A DNA stretch of 64,000 bases, taken from assembly GCA_963695435.1 (NCBI GenBank), contig OY968788.1:349456-413455 (forward strand), written 5' to 3'. Positions 39,927-47,578 of the stretch are shown here, piece by piece (position 1 is the first letter of the stretch; each line of letters starts with the position of its first letter). Position numbers and translations under genes: made by a program. The notes below the pieces were generated by a model. The model was not told the origin of the DNA. It saw only the letters and a list, made by a program, of their open reading frames with translations, and made no database searches. This DNA comes from an uncultured bacterium (GTDB lineage Bacteria; Patescibacteriota; Kazan-3B-28).

Positions 39927-42900
39927 TTATTTCTTGCGGCTGCTTTTGGGCAAATGCTTGCCTGCTTCGCCATGAAGTTCGCCGATCGGTCGTTTTAGCT
40001 CGTCTTCGCTGTGTACTACTTCCACATTCAATCCGAGTCCTTGTAGTTCTTTTACAATGACATTGAAAGCTTCCGGAGTTTGTGGCTTTTGGATGGTTTC
40101 GCCCTTGATGATCGATTCGTAAGTGCGGGCGCGCCCTTGAACATCGTCTGACTTGATTGTCAGCATTTCTTCCAATGTGTAAGCAGCACCATAACCTTCC
40201 AGCGCCCAAACTTCCATTTCACCAAATCGTTGACCTCCAAGCTGTGCTTTTCCTCCTAACGGCTGTTGGGTAACAAGAGCGTACGGTCCGATAGAACGAG
40301 CGTGAATCTTGTCGTCTACCATGTGCGCCAATTTCAACATATAAATCACACCAACTGTAGTGGGCTGGCCAAACGCTTCACCGGTACGCCCGTCTGTCAG
40401 CTGGATTTTGCCGTTTTCGGGCAAGCTGCCCTTGCGCAATTCTTCAATAATTCCTTGAATATCAATACCTTCAAAAACCGGGTTGACTGCGTTGAACCCT
40501 AGTGTGCCGGCAGCCCACCCCAAATGAGTTTCCAAAATCTGACCTAGATTCATACGAGAAATAACGCCGAGCGGATTCAAAATAATGTCTACCGGCGTGC
40601 CATCAGGCAAACAAGGCATGTCTTCGCGAGGAACAACTTTGGAGATAACTCCTTTGTTACCATGCCGACCAGCCAACTTGTCACCGACAGAAATTTTGCG
40701 CATCTGCGCGATGTTCACATAAATCCGTTTCAAAACACCGACTTCCAATTTGTCGCCCTTACTCGCATCAAATACCTGCACGCCGATAACTTTTCCATAA
40801 CCACCGTGAGGCATGCGCAAGGAAGTGTCTTTTACATCTTTTACTTTTTCGCCAAAGATAGCCCGCAGCAATCTTTCTTCTGCGGTTAGTTCGGTTTCAC
40901 CTTTAGGCGTAATCTTACCGACCAAAATATCATTTGAAGTAACGCGCGCACCAATTCGAATAATCCCATCTTCATCCAAATCCGATACAGCTTCTTCACC
41001 AACATTCGGGATGTCGCGAGTGGTAATTTCTGGTCCTAGTTTTGTATCGCGAACATCAATTTCTTCACGTTTGATATGAATGGAAGTGAATACATCATCT
41101 TTTACCGCGCGATCAGACAAAATAATAGCATCCTGATAGTTGGCGCCAGCCCACGGCATAAAAGCGACAACCAAGTTGCGCCCAAGTGCCAGTTTTCCAT
41201 TTTTGATTGCCGGACCATCACACAGAGCTTGGCCTTTTTTAACTTTGTCACCTGAATTTACCAACGGAGTTTGGTTGAGGTTGGTTTCGTGGTTACTCCG
41301 AATAAATTTGGTCAGGGTGTAAACAATTGGCTTGCGACCGCCTTCGGGGACAAATTCAATCCGGGTACTGTCGGCATATTTCACTGTGCCGTCTTCTGGC
41401 GCGGTGATTACCCAGTTTGAGCCAACGGCGGCATCGCCTTCCATACCAGTACCAACAATTGGAACTTGAGGACTAACTAAGGGGACAGCTTGGCGTTGCA
41501 TGTTGGAACCCATCAGGGCGCGTTTGGCGTCATCATGTTCAACGAAAGGAATCAGAGATGTAGTAACACTCAAAATCTGTTTGGGTGATACATCCATGTA
41601 ACTTACTTTCCCAATAGAAATCACAGTTGGTTCACCGGCTTGCCGTGCGGCAACCTGCGTACTCAAAACTTGATTTTGATCATTGGTCGGGATATTAGCC
41701 TGCGCGATTACCAAATCTTCTTCGACGTGGGCATCAAGATATTCAATTTGAGAAGTTACGAAAGACTTAACTTCAATTTCTTTTAGACCTTCAACGCGAG
41801 AAATTTTCTGCGCCAAAGATTCGTCCACAACCGAGCCTGATGGCGCAACAATATTCTTGGTTTTGGGGTCGAGTAAATCTTTGAATAGGGTTTTGCCTAC
41901 AGCGCTTTTTCCATCATTTGAGACTATTGATGTAATTTTCCGGTAAGGTGTTTCGATAAATCCAAAATCATTTACCCGCGCATAGCTGGCCAAGTGCCCA
42001 ACCAAACCGATGTTTTGACCTTCAGGAGTTTGAATCGGACAAATACGGCCGTAGTGGCTAGTGTGCACGTCGCGAACTTCAAAACCGGCGCGTTCGCGGG
42101 AAAGTCCTCCCGGCCCCATAGCGGATAATCTTCGTTTGTGCTCCAACTCCGCTAGAGGATTAGTTTGGTCCATGAATTGGCTCAACTGCGAAGAACCGAA
42201 GAATTCCTGCATGATCGCGGAAATCGGTCGCGCGTTCATCAATTGAGCGGGAGTAAGTGTATTGATATCAGAAACGCTCATTCTGTCTTTTACAATGCGT
42301 TCGACACGAAGCAACCCTGTGCGGAATTTGCTTTGCATCAATTCGCCAACCGCTTTCACGCGGCGATTTTTCAAATGATCAACATCATCCTCCAAACCAC
42401 CATTATTGTTCAATCTGATGATCTCTCTGGTAATGGCGATCAAGTCTTCTTTGGTCAGTACTCTAAATTCCGGCTTGTTTGGTCGTTCAATCTTTAATCT
42501 TTTGTTCAATTTATAACGACCGACCGCGCCCAAATCATAACGGCGGAAGTTTTGGAAAGTATTCACAAACAAAGCGCGGGCATTATCAACGGTAGCAAGA
42601 TCGCCTGGCCGAATTTTTTTGTAAACTTCGAGCAATGCTTGGTCTGTGGATTTGGTTGGGTCTTTGTCGATAGTGTTTTTCAAAAATCCCATTTTTGGGT
42701 TGTCGTCCACATCGGCGAATAATTCGATAAGTTCAGCGTCACTACTGATTCCAAAAGCGCGAAGCAAAGTAGTGATGAAAGTTTTGCGCTTCCGGTCTAT
42801 CTTTACGGAGATTACGCCCTTACCGTTGGTTTCGATTTCCAGCCAGGCGCCGCGTTCCGGAATTATTTTTGCTCCGTATTGGCCGTATTCTAACCCATCT

Positions 42901-43367
42901 TCGCGAGTAAGGAGTACTCCCGAAGAACGCACCAATTGAGACACGATTACACGCTCAACACCATTGATAATAAAAGTCCCCGAATCGGTCATTACGGGAA
43001 TATCGCCCAGAAAAACTTCCTGTTCTTTTATTTCACCAGTGTTTTTATTTACCAATCGCAATTTCACCCGCAGGCTCGATTCGAATGTTGCGTAACGCTC
43101 GCGAGCTTGAGATTGGGTGTACTTTGGTTCTTCAAAATAATAGTCAACAAAATGAAGCTCCAGATTTTTCCCCGTTAAGTCCTCAATGGGACTAATTTCC
43201 GCAAATAATTCTTTCAGTCCTTCGCGAACGAAGTACTCATAAGAACGACTTTGCAGACTATTTAGCTCGGGGAGCGAAGGAACTTTTTTCTTGTCGGTAT
43301 ACCACTTATCTTCGTAATTGTGGTTCTCGGTAATTAAAATGTCCTGGTCTAGGGGATTTTTTGCCAT
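39927..43367 (-). CDS. rpoB: DNA-directed RNA polymerase beta subunit
   Basis: 1146 aa. Confidence 0.97.
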   Translation of the reverse strand: MAKNPLDQDILITENHNYEDKWYTDKKKVPSLPELNSLQSRSYEYFVREGLKELFAEISPIEDLTGKNLELHFVDYYFEEPKYTQSQARERYATFESSLRVKLRLVNKNTGEIKEQEVFLGDIPVMTDSGTFIINGVERVIVSQLVRSSGVLLTREDGLEYGQYGAKIIPERGAWLEIETNGKGVISVKIDRKRKTFITTLLRAFGISSDAELIELFADVDDNPKMGFLKNTIDKDPTKSTDQALLEVYKKIRPGDLATVDNARALFVNTFQNFRRYDLGAVGRYKLNKRLKIERPNKPEFRVLTKEDLIAITREIIRLNNNGGLEDDVDHLKNRRVKAVGELMQSKFRTGLLRVERIVKDRMSVSDINTLTPAQLMNARPISAIMQEFFGSSQLSQFMDQTNPLAELEHKRRLSAMGPGGLSRERAGFEVRDVHTSHYGRICPIQTPEGQNIGLVGHLASYARVNDFGFIETPYRKITSIVSNDGKSAVGKTLFKDLLDPKTKNIVAPSGSVVDESLAQKISRVEGLKEIEVKSFVTSQIEYLDAHVEEDLVIAQANIPTNDQNQVLSTQVAARQAGEPTVISIGKVSYMDVSPKQILSVTTSLIPFVEHDDAKRALMGSNMQRQAVPLVSPQVPIVGTGMEGDAAVGSNWVITAPEDGTVKYADSTRIEFVPEGGRKPIVYTLTKFIRSNHETNLNQTPLVNSGDKVKKGQALCDGPAIKNGKLALGRNLVVAFMPWAGANYQDAIILSDRAVKDDVFTSIHIKREEIDVRDTKLGPEITTRDIPNVGEEAVSDLDEDGIIRIGARVTSNDILVGKITPKGETELTAEERLLRAIFGEKVKDVKDTSLRMPHGGYGKVIGVQVFDASKGDKLEVGVLKRIYVNIAQMRKISVGDKLAGRHGNKGVISKVVPREDMPCLPDGTPVDIILNPLGVISRMNLGQILETHLGWAAGTLGFNAVNPVFEGIDIQGIIEELRKGSLPENGKIQLTDGRTGEAFGQPTTVGVIYMLKLAHMVDDKIHARSIGPYALVTQQPLGGKAQLGGQRFGEMEVWALEGYGAAYTLEEMLTIKSDDVQGRARTYESIIKGETIQKPQTPEAFNVIVKELQGLGLNVEVVHSEDELKRPIGELHGEAGKHLPKSSRKK

Positions 43368-43448
43368 AAAAATACCTGCTCTTTGAATCGAGAGTTGCTC
43401 AAAAAGTTATGAATAGAACCAGCTTTTAATGTCAGTACGGATAGCCAA

Positions 43449-43477
43449 ACCATAACTAAAACTCGGGCTATCGTCAA
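43449..43477 (-). promoter_or_regulatory. candidate sigma70 promoter TTGACG-N17-TATGGT ~75 nt upstream of rpoB
   Basis: hexamers read on minus strand. Confidence 0.4.
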
Positions 43478-43546
43478 TACCTCTCTCGGGTGTTTGTATT
43501 ATAAACGACACCGTGGGAAGGGCGCAACCCCTTTTTTTGGTGATTT

Positions 43547-44383
43547 TTAGCTCTGGATTGTGAAGTTGGTTGTTTTGGCCAGTGCTTGGTTGATTTTTGC
43601 CGTCACTTCAAAGCTCCCCGCCGGCCATAATTTGTCGCTCCAGAAGCGACCAAATTGGCTACGGGTGAGCGAGAATAATAGGGTGTCACTCCCTCCTACC
43701 ACAGAGGAGAATGTGTTCACGACGAGATCGGTCTTTATCTGACGAACCGCTATCTGCAAGTCCGTCCCCGTGGGGGCATTGGCGATTTTCACCTGGATAT
43801 AGATAACTGGAGCAGTTCTCGAAAAACTGGACTTTGTGTTTGCTAGTAGGTTGTCTTCGGTTAGGGTATCGCCAAAAGAGATACTGCTCACCAACCCTTG
43901 AATCCGCTGCTTTTCCGCCTCTGCATCGCTAACAATGCTAAAAAATACCGTCTTGGCGAGATTGTTGTCCAGATATACCTCTGTCTTATAGTCCCCCATT
44001 GGCCAACTTATCCCCGGTCGTTCAATTTGGGAGCTTAGCCAGCTGGAAGCGGCCTTATAGTCAAAATCCAGCTGGTTACGGGTGTTTGTGCGTTTGCCGG
44101 TGAAAGTTTCTGTGGCGATGATCTGATTGGGCAATTTTTGCCAGACTACCCGCACTTGAGTAGTACTTACGGGGTGAGTTACTTCGACTGCCAGATAAAT
44201 TTTCAAACTGCTGTCCCCGACCTGTTCAAGATTGTTCTCCGGCTCATTGGTGTATTTGATACCGGTCGTTAAACTCACTTGAGAAATAGTCGTTCCCACG
44301 TTTGTCGTTGGTTTACCACAACTCGCTCCGCCGAGTATCACCAGAGCAAGGGTAGCCAGCAAAGCGAATCTAGGCGCTTTCAT
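43547..44383 (-). CDS. putative lipoprotein (lipobox LGGASC), hypothetical
   Basis: MKAPRFALLATLALVILGGASC. Confidence 0.5.
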   Translation of the reverse strand: MKAPRFALLATLALVILGGASCGKPTTNVGTTISQVSLTTGIKYTNEPENNLEQVGDSSLKIYLAVEVTHPVSTTQVRVVWQKLPNQIIATETFTGKRTNTRNQLDFDYKAASSWLSSQIERPGISWPMGDYKTEVYLDNNLAKTVFFSIVSDAEAEKQRIQGLVSSISFGDTLTEDNLLANTKSSFSRTAPVIYIQVKIANAPTGTDLQIAVRQIKTDLVVNTFSSVVGGSDTLLFSLTRSQFGRFWSDKLWPAGSFEVTAKINQALAKTTNFTIQS

Positions 44384-44404
44384 GTTTTTTGCCCCCCATA
44401 TGAA

Positions 44405-44959
44405 TTAGAACTTCACTTCGGGTGCTTCGCGTTCTTTGATCTCTTCCAGCTCGAATAGTTCGCGCTTTCCGAAATTGAACATGCTAGCGAATAAACTGGT
44501 TGGGAACATTTCGCGGCGTGTATTGTAATCACGCACATTGGTGTTGTAGAACCGACGCGAAGACATAATTTTGTTCTCAGTTTCAGCTAATTCCTCCTGT
44601 AGGGCCAAGAAATTCTGATTAGCTTTCAAGTCAGGATAATTTTCCGCCACCGCAAACAAACTTTTCAAAGTGGAAGTCAGCGCGTTTTCTGCCACTGCTT
44701 TTTGTTTGAAATCACCACTTTCTGCCGCAATCGCATTACTCCGAGCTTGAGTCACTTTTTCGAATAGCTCGCGTTCGTGCGTAGCGTAGCCCTGAACAGT
44801 ATTCACAAGATTGGGGATCAGGTCATGCCGACGTTTATGCTGAACATCAATATCACTCTCAGCTTCGTTGACTCTGTTCTTCAAGACTACCAGTCCGTTG
44901 AACATGCCAATCAGCCAAGCAATCAGCCCCAAGATAGCAATCCATAATATCCACCACAT
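44405..44959 (-). CDS. LemA family membrane protein
   Basis: N-terminal TM + LemA-like helical domain; strong SD AAGGAGGAAAT. Confidence 0.7.
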   Translation of the reverse strand: MWWILWIAILGLIAWLIGMFNGLVVLKNRVNEAESDIDVQHKRRHDLIPNLVNTVQGYATHERELFEKVTQARSNAIAAESGDFKQKAVAENALTSTLKSLFAVAENYPDLKANQNFLALQEELAETENKIMSSRRFYNTNVRDYNTRREMFPTSLFASMFNFGKRELFELEEIKEREAPEVKF

Positions 44960-44980
44960 ATTTCCTCCTTTGTTTAATAA

Positions 44981-45057
44981 CTAGAGATTAGAGCATAGAG
45001 TGTAGAGAGTAAGAGCAGAATTTTTGTAATCTCTCTTCTCTCATCTCTATTCTCTGG
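44981..45057. repeat. TAGAG-unit hairpin repeat copy B
   Basis: CTAGAGATTAGAGCATAGAGTGTAGAGAGTAAGAG ... CTCTCTTCTCTCATCTCTATTCTCTGG. Confidence 0.55.
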
Positions 45058-45076
45058 CTTCCAGTATACCTGTTTT

Positions 45077-45652
45077 CTAGTCTCCTTTGAAGAAGACTGA
45101 TAGATACATAATTTTCTGTAGTTCACTAAGAGTGATTTTGCGAGCCCAAGCATTATCCCACCAACCGTTTTTACGCCAAGCCGAGTCTGCCGCGGAATGA
45201 TTTATTATTTTTACCGAATCCCCCAAATAACGATTGAAAGTTAGTGACGCGCGCCGTTGATGATACGGAGAAGTCACCAAAATTATTGACTCGACATTAT
45301 TGTTCATTAAAATGTCACGAGTAAATTTGGCGTTGTCAAAAGTATTGCGAGATTCCTTTTCTACTAAAACTTTGTCTGTCGGGACGCCAAGTTTCACTGC
45401 CAACCGTTTCATTGCTTCGGCGTTGGATTCACCGGCATCTCTAGCGGCGCCTGACATAATAATAAGAGGTGCCCATTCTTCTTGAAAAAGTTTCACTCCT
45501 TCTTTCACCCGCAAATCAGTCTCTCCCCCGCTGATAACGACTATCGCGTCGGTTTTAGCAAGTTTATCCTGCGGAGACAAATAAAAACCGGTGCCGACAA
45601 TAAAGCCAGCAACGATTACCAGAATTCCAATTAACCCGATTAGGTATTTCAC
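45077..45652 (-). CDS. DUF218/YdcF(SanA)-like membrane-anchored protein
   Basis: 191 aa; VVISGG ... SPYHQRRA motifs. Confidence 0.6.
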   Translation of the reverse strand: MKYLIGLIGILVIVAGFIVGTGFYLSPQDKLAKTDAIVVISGGETDLRVKEGVKLFQEEWAPLIIMSGAARDAGESNAEAMKRLAVKLGVPTDKVLVEKESRNTFDNAKFTRDILMNNNVESIILVTSPYHQRRASLTFNRYLGDSVKIINHSAADSAWRKNGWWDNAWARKITLSELQKIMYLSVFFKGD

Positions 45653-46065
45653 GGCAATTTCAGTTCCTGACCAACGGTCAAATCATAGGGAGCTGGAATG
45701 TTGTTCGCATTTGCCAAATCTTTCCACTCAAGATTCAGGGCGCTTGCAATACTATAAAGTGTATCGCCAGTCTTGACGGTGTATTTATCAGTACTCTTTA
45801 GAGTGAAACTGCCTGTGTCGTCAGTGGTTGTGTTGGTCGCTGTATTATCGGTAGCTGTATTGGACACGGTCGGTGAACCGTTCAAGGACGGATTAATAAT
45901 ACCCAGTGGTTTGATAAAAATCGTGGCAATTAGTCCACGAAAAGCAAAGATAAGAAATATCAGCGAGAAGAATAAAGCGTATAAAACGATAACAGAAAAT
46001 GGGTCTTCGCGAAAACGCTTCTTGACCCGATAGCCATATCTCCTAGTTTGGTGGGAAAGTGCCAT
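45649..46065 (-). CDS. LysM domain membrane protein
   Basis: C-terminal YTVKTGDTLYSIA...VGQELKLP. Confidence 0.75.
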   Translation of the reverse strand: MALSHQTRRYGYRVKKRFREDPFSVIVLYALFFSLIFLIFAFRGLIATIFIKPLGIINPSLNGSPTVSNTATDNTATNTTTDDTGSFTLKSTDKYTVKTGDTLYSIASALNLEWKDLANANNIPAPYDLTVGQELKLP

Positions 46066-46081
46066 ATGTTTAGTTTACCAT

Positions 46082-46165
46082 TGGTGGGCGGGGTGGGATT
46101 CGAACCCACAAGCCTTGCGGCAAAGGATTTTAAGTCCTTCGTGTATACCGTTCCACCACCCGCCC
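46082..46165 (-). tRNA. tRNA-Leu (anticodon TAA), class II long variable arm, CCA encoded
   Basis: hand-folded; anticodon loop CTTAAAA. Confidence 0.85.
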
Positions 46166-46168
46166 AAT

Positions 46169-46255
46169 TGGTGGGCACGAGAGGAGTTGAACCTCCACGG
46201 GATTGCTCCCACAGCGACCTGAACGCTGCGCGTATGCCAGTTCCGCCACGTGCCC
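46169..46255 (-). tRNA. tRNA-Leu (anticodon CAG), CCA encoded
   Basis: anticodon stem CAGCG/CGCTG, loop TTCAGGT. Confidence 0.85.
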
Positions 46256-46271
46256 ACACCGATTTTTAAAA

Positions 46272-46345
46272 TGGAGACCTGGAGGAGAGTCGAACTCCTG
46301 TACGGGGTTTTGCAGACCCCTGCCTAACCGCTCGGCCACCAGGCC
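46272..46345 (-). tRNA. tRNA-Cys (anticodon GCA), CCA encoded
   Basis: loop CTGCAAA; acceptor has one GU. Confidence 0.8.
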
Positions 46346-46408
46346 ATCGTCAGAATGGACTCGACCTTACGCTAACACCTTCGACAGGCTCAGGGTTGCT
46401 TTTAGTCT

Positions 46409-46490
46409 CGTCATTCTTCCTCTCAAAATCACAAACACTCGCTTCGCTCCTTGGTTTGTGATTTTGTGTTTGGGTTTTCAATCTCCGTTT
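46409..46490. repeat. Z-element copy 1: AAAATCACAAAC-N17-GTTTGTGATTTT hairpin module upstream of tRNA cluster 1 / downstream of dCMP deaminase
   Basis: ~90% identical over ~55 nt to 47515-47570. Confidence 0.6.
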
Positions 46491-46517
46491 TGTTATTTGT
46501 TATTTGGTTATTGGTTA

Positions 46518-47006
46518 TTACGGTGTAGCCGTTGTGGGGTACTCTTTTACTTTATCATCAAGAATTTCAAATTTAATACCCGCTTCTTCAAATATTCGCC
46601 GACTTTCAGCGCTTGCCTGATAATCCTGCCGTACCACTACCCGTACAATTCCACTGTTGATAATCATCTTGGCACAGGCATAACATGGCGTCATTGTGCA
46701 ATATAATGTACCGCCGTCAATAGAGATGCCAAATCGTGCAGCTTGGCAAATTGCATTTTGTTCGGCATGAGAAGTCCGAACACAATGCTTAGTTATACGA
46801 CCATCTTCATGAACAGTATCCTTGAATTCGTGACCTACTTCATCACAGTGTGGCAATCCTATTGGTGAACCAACATAACCAGTAGAAAGAATCCGTTTAT
46901 CTTTCGTAATAACTGCGCCGCTTTTTCCGCGATCACAAGTAGCACGGTTGGCTACCGCTTCACAAATTTGAAAAAAATATTCATCCCAGCTCAGTCGCTC
47001 GTTCAT
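46518..47006 (-). CDS. dCMP (cytidine/deoxycytidylate) deaminase family, zinc-binding
   Basis: HAEQNAI and PCYACAKMI motifs; start moved to second ATG (AGGAGG 7 nt upstream; perfect TATAAT overlaps first ATG). Confidence 0.75.
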   Translation of the reverse strand: MNERLSWDEYFFQICEAVANRATCDRGKSGAVITKDKRILSTGYVGSPIGLPHCDEVGHEFKDTVHEDGRITKHCVRTSHAEQNAICQAARFGISIDGGTLYCTMTPCYACAKMIINSGIVRVVVRQDYQASAESRRIFEEAGIKFEILDDKVKEYPTTATP

Positions 47007-47056
47007 CTGTGTCCTCCTGCTAATCATTATATCAGGCAGCTTGATTCTCTCTCGCC

Positions 47057-47095
47057 CAAAACAAAAAACCGAGCATTGCTCGATTTTCTGTTTTC
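47057..47095. terminator. bidirectional terminator hairpin CGAGCATTGCTCG flanked by A-run and T-run, after tRNA-Gly
   Basis: read directly. Confidence 0.55.
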
Positions 47096-47170
47096 TGGAG
47101 CGGGTGAGGAGAGTCGAACTCCCGTCTCTACCTTGGCAAGGTAATGTAATAGCCGTTATACGACACCCGC
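47096..47170 (-). tRNA. tRNA-Gly (anticodon GCC), CCA encoded
   Basis: loop TTGCCAA. Confidence 0.8.
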
Positions 47171-47217
47171 ACTTTTAATTTTCTGGATTGCCATGAAGCG
47201 TGCTTTGCACTGCTTCA

Positions 47218-47292
47218 TGGTGCCGAGAGACAGAATCGAACTGTCGACACCACGCTCTTCAGGCGCGTGCTCTACCACTGAGCTACCTCGGC
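47218..47292 (-). tRNA. tRNA-Phe (anticodon GAA), CCA encoded
   Basis: loop CTGAAGA. Confidence 0.85.
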
Positions 47293-47323
47293 ATAACAAT
47301 ACTAATATTATCAATTTTTTCAA

Positions 47324-47400
47324 TGGTGGATCCAAGAGGGATCGAACCTCTGACCTTTCGGATGTAAACCGAACGCTCTAACCAGCTGAGCTATGGATCC
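47324..47400 (-). tRNA. tRNA-Val (anticodon TAC), CCA encoded
   Basis: loop TTTACAT. Confidence 0.8.
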
Positions 47401-47403
47401 AGT

Positions 47404-47488
47404 TGGTGGGCGAGAGAGGACTCGAACCTCCACGGGTTGCCCCACAGCGCCCTTAACGCTGCGTGTATACCAGTTTCACCACTCGCCC
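47404..47488 (-). tRNA. tRNA-Leu with anticodon AAG (A34), paralog of the Leu-CAG gene
   Basis: anticodon stem CAGCG/CGCTG identical to Leu-CAG gene, loop TTAAGGG instead of TTCAGGT. Confidence 0.7.
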
Positions 47489-47490
47489 AT

Positions 47491-47575
47491 TGTCATTCTG
47501 CTGTACAGCAGAATTCCTCTCAAAATCACAAACAGTCGCTTCGCTTCTTGGTTTATGATTTTGTATTTTAAACTA
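47491..47575. repeat. Z-element copy 2 plus 18-bp palindrome TTCTGCTGTACAGCAGAA abutting tRNA-Leu(AAG) 5' end
   Basis: see copy 1. Confidence 0.6.
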
Positions 47576-47578
47576 CAC

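Noticed and set aside
43478-43546. Plus-strand hairpin GGGAAGGGCGCAACCCC + T7 as terminator
   Set aside because: No plus-strand gene upstream and the stem pairing is weak. It may only be part of the rpoB upstream region.
46048-46706. Track ORFs of 60-170 aa across 46048-46706
   Set aside because: They overlap three hand-folded tRNA genes and the Z element. They are not coding.
46518-47006. Calling the deaminase TadA (tRNA adenosine deaminase) to explain the A34 tRNA-Leu
   Set aside because: Its motifs HAEQNAI / PCYACAKMI match dCMP deaminase rather than TadA (HAEIMAL / PCVMCAGA). Proximity is noted but no functional link is claimed.
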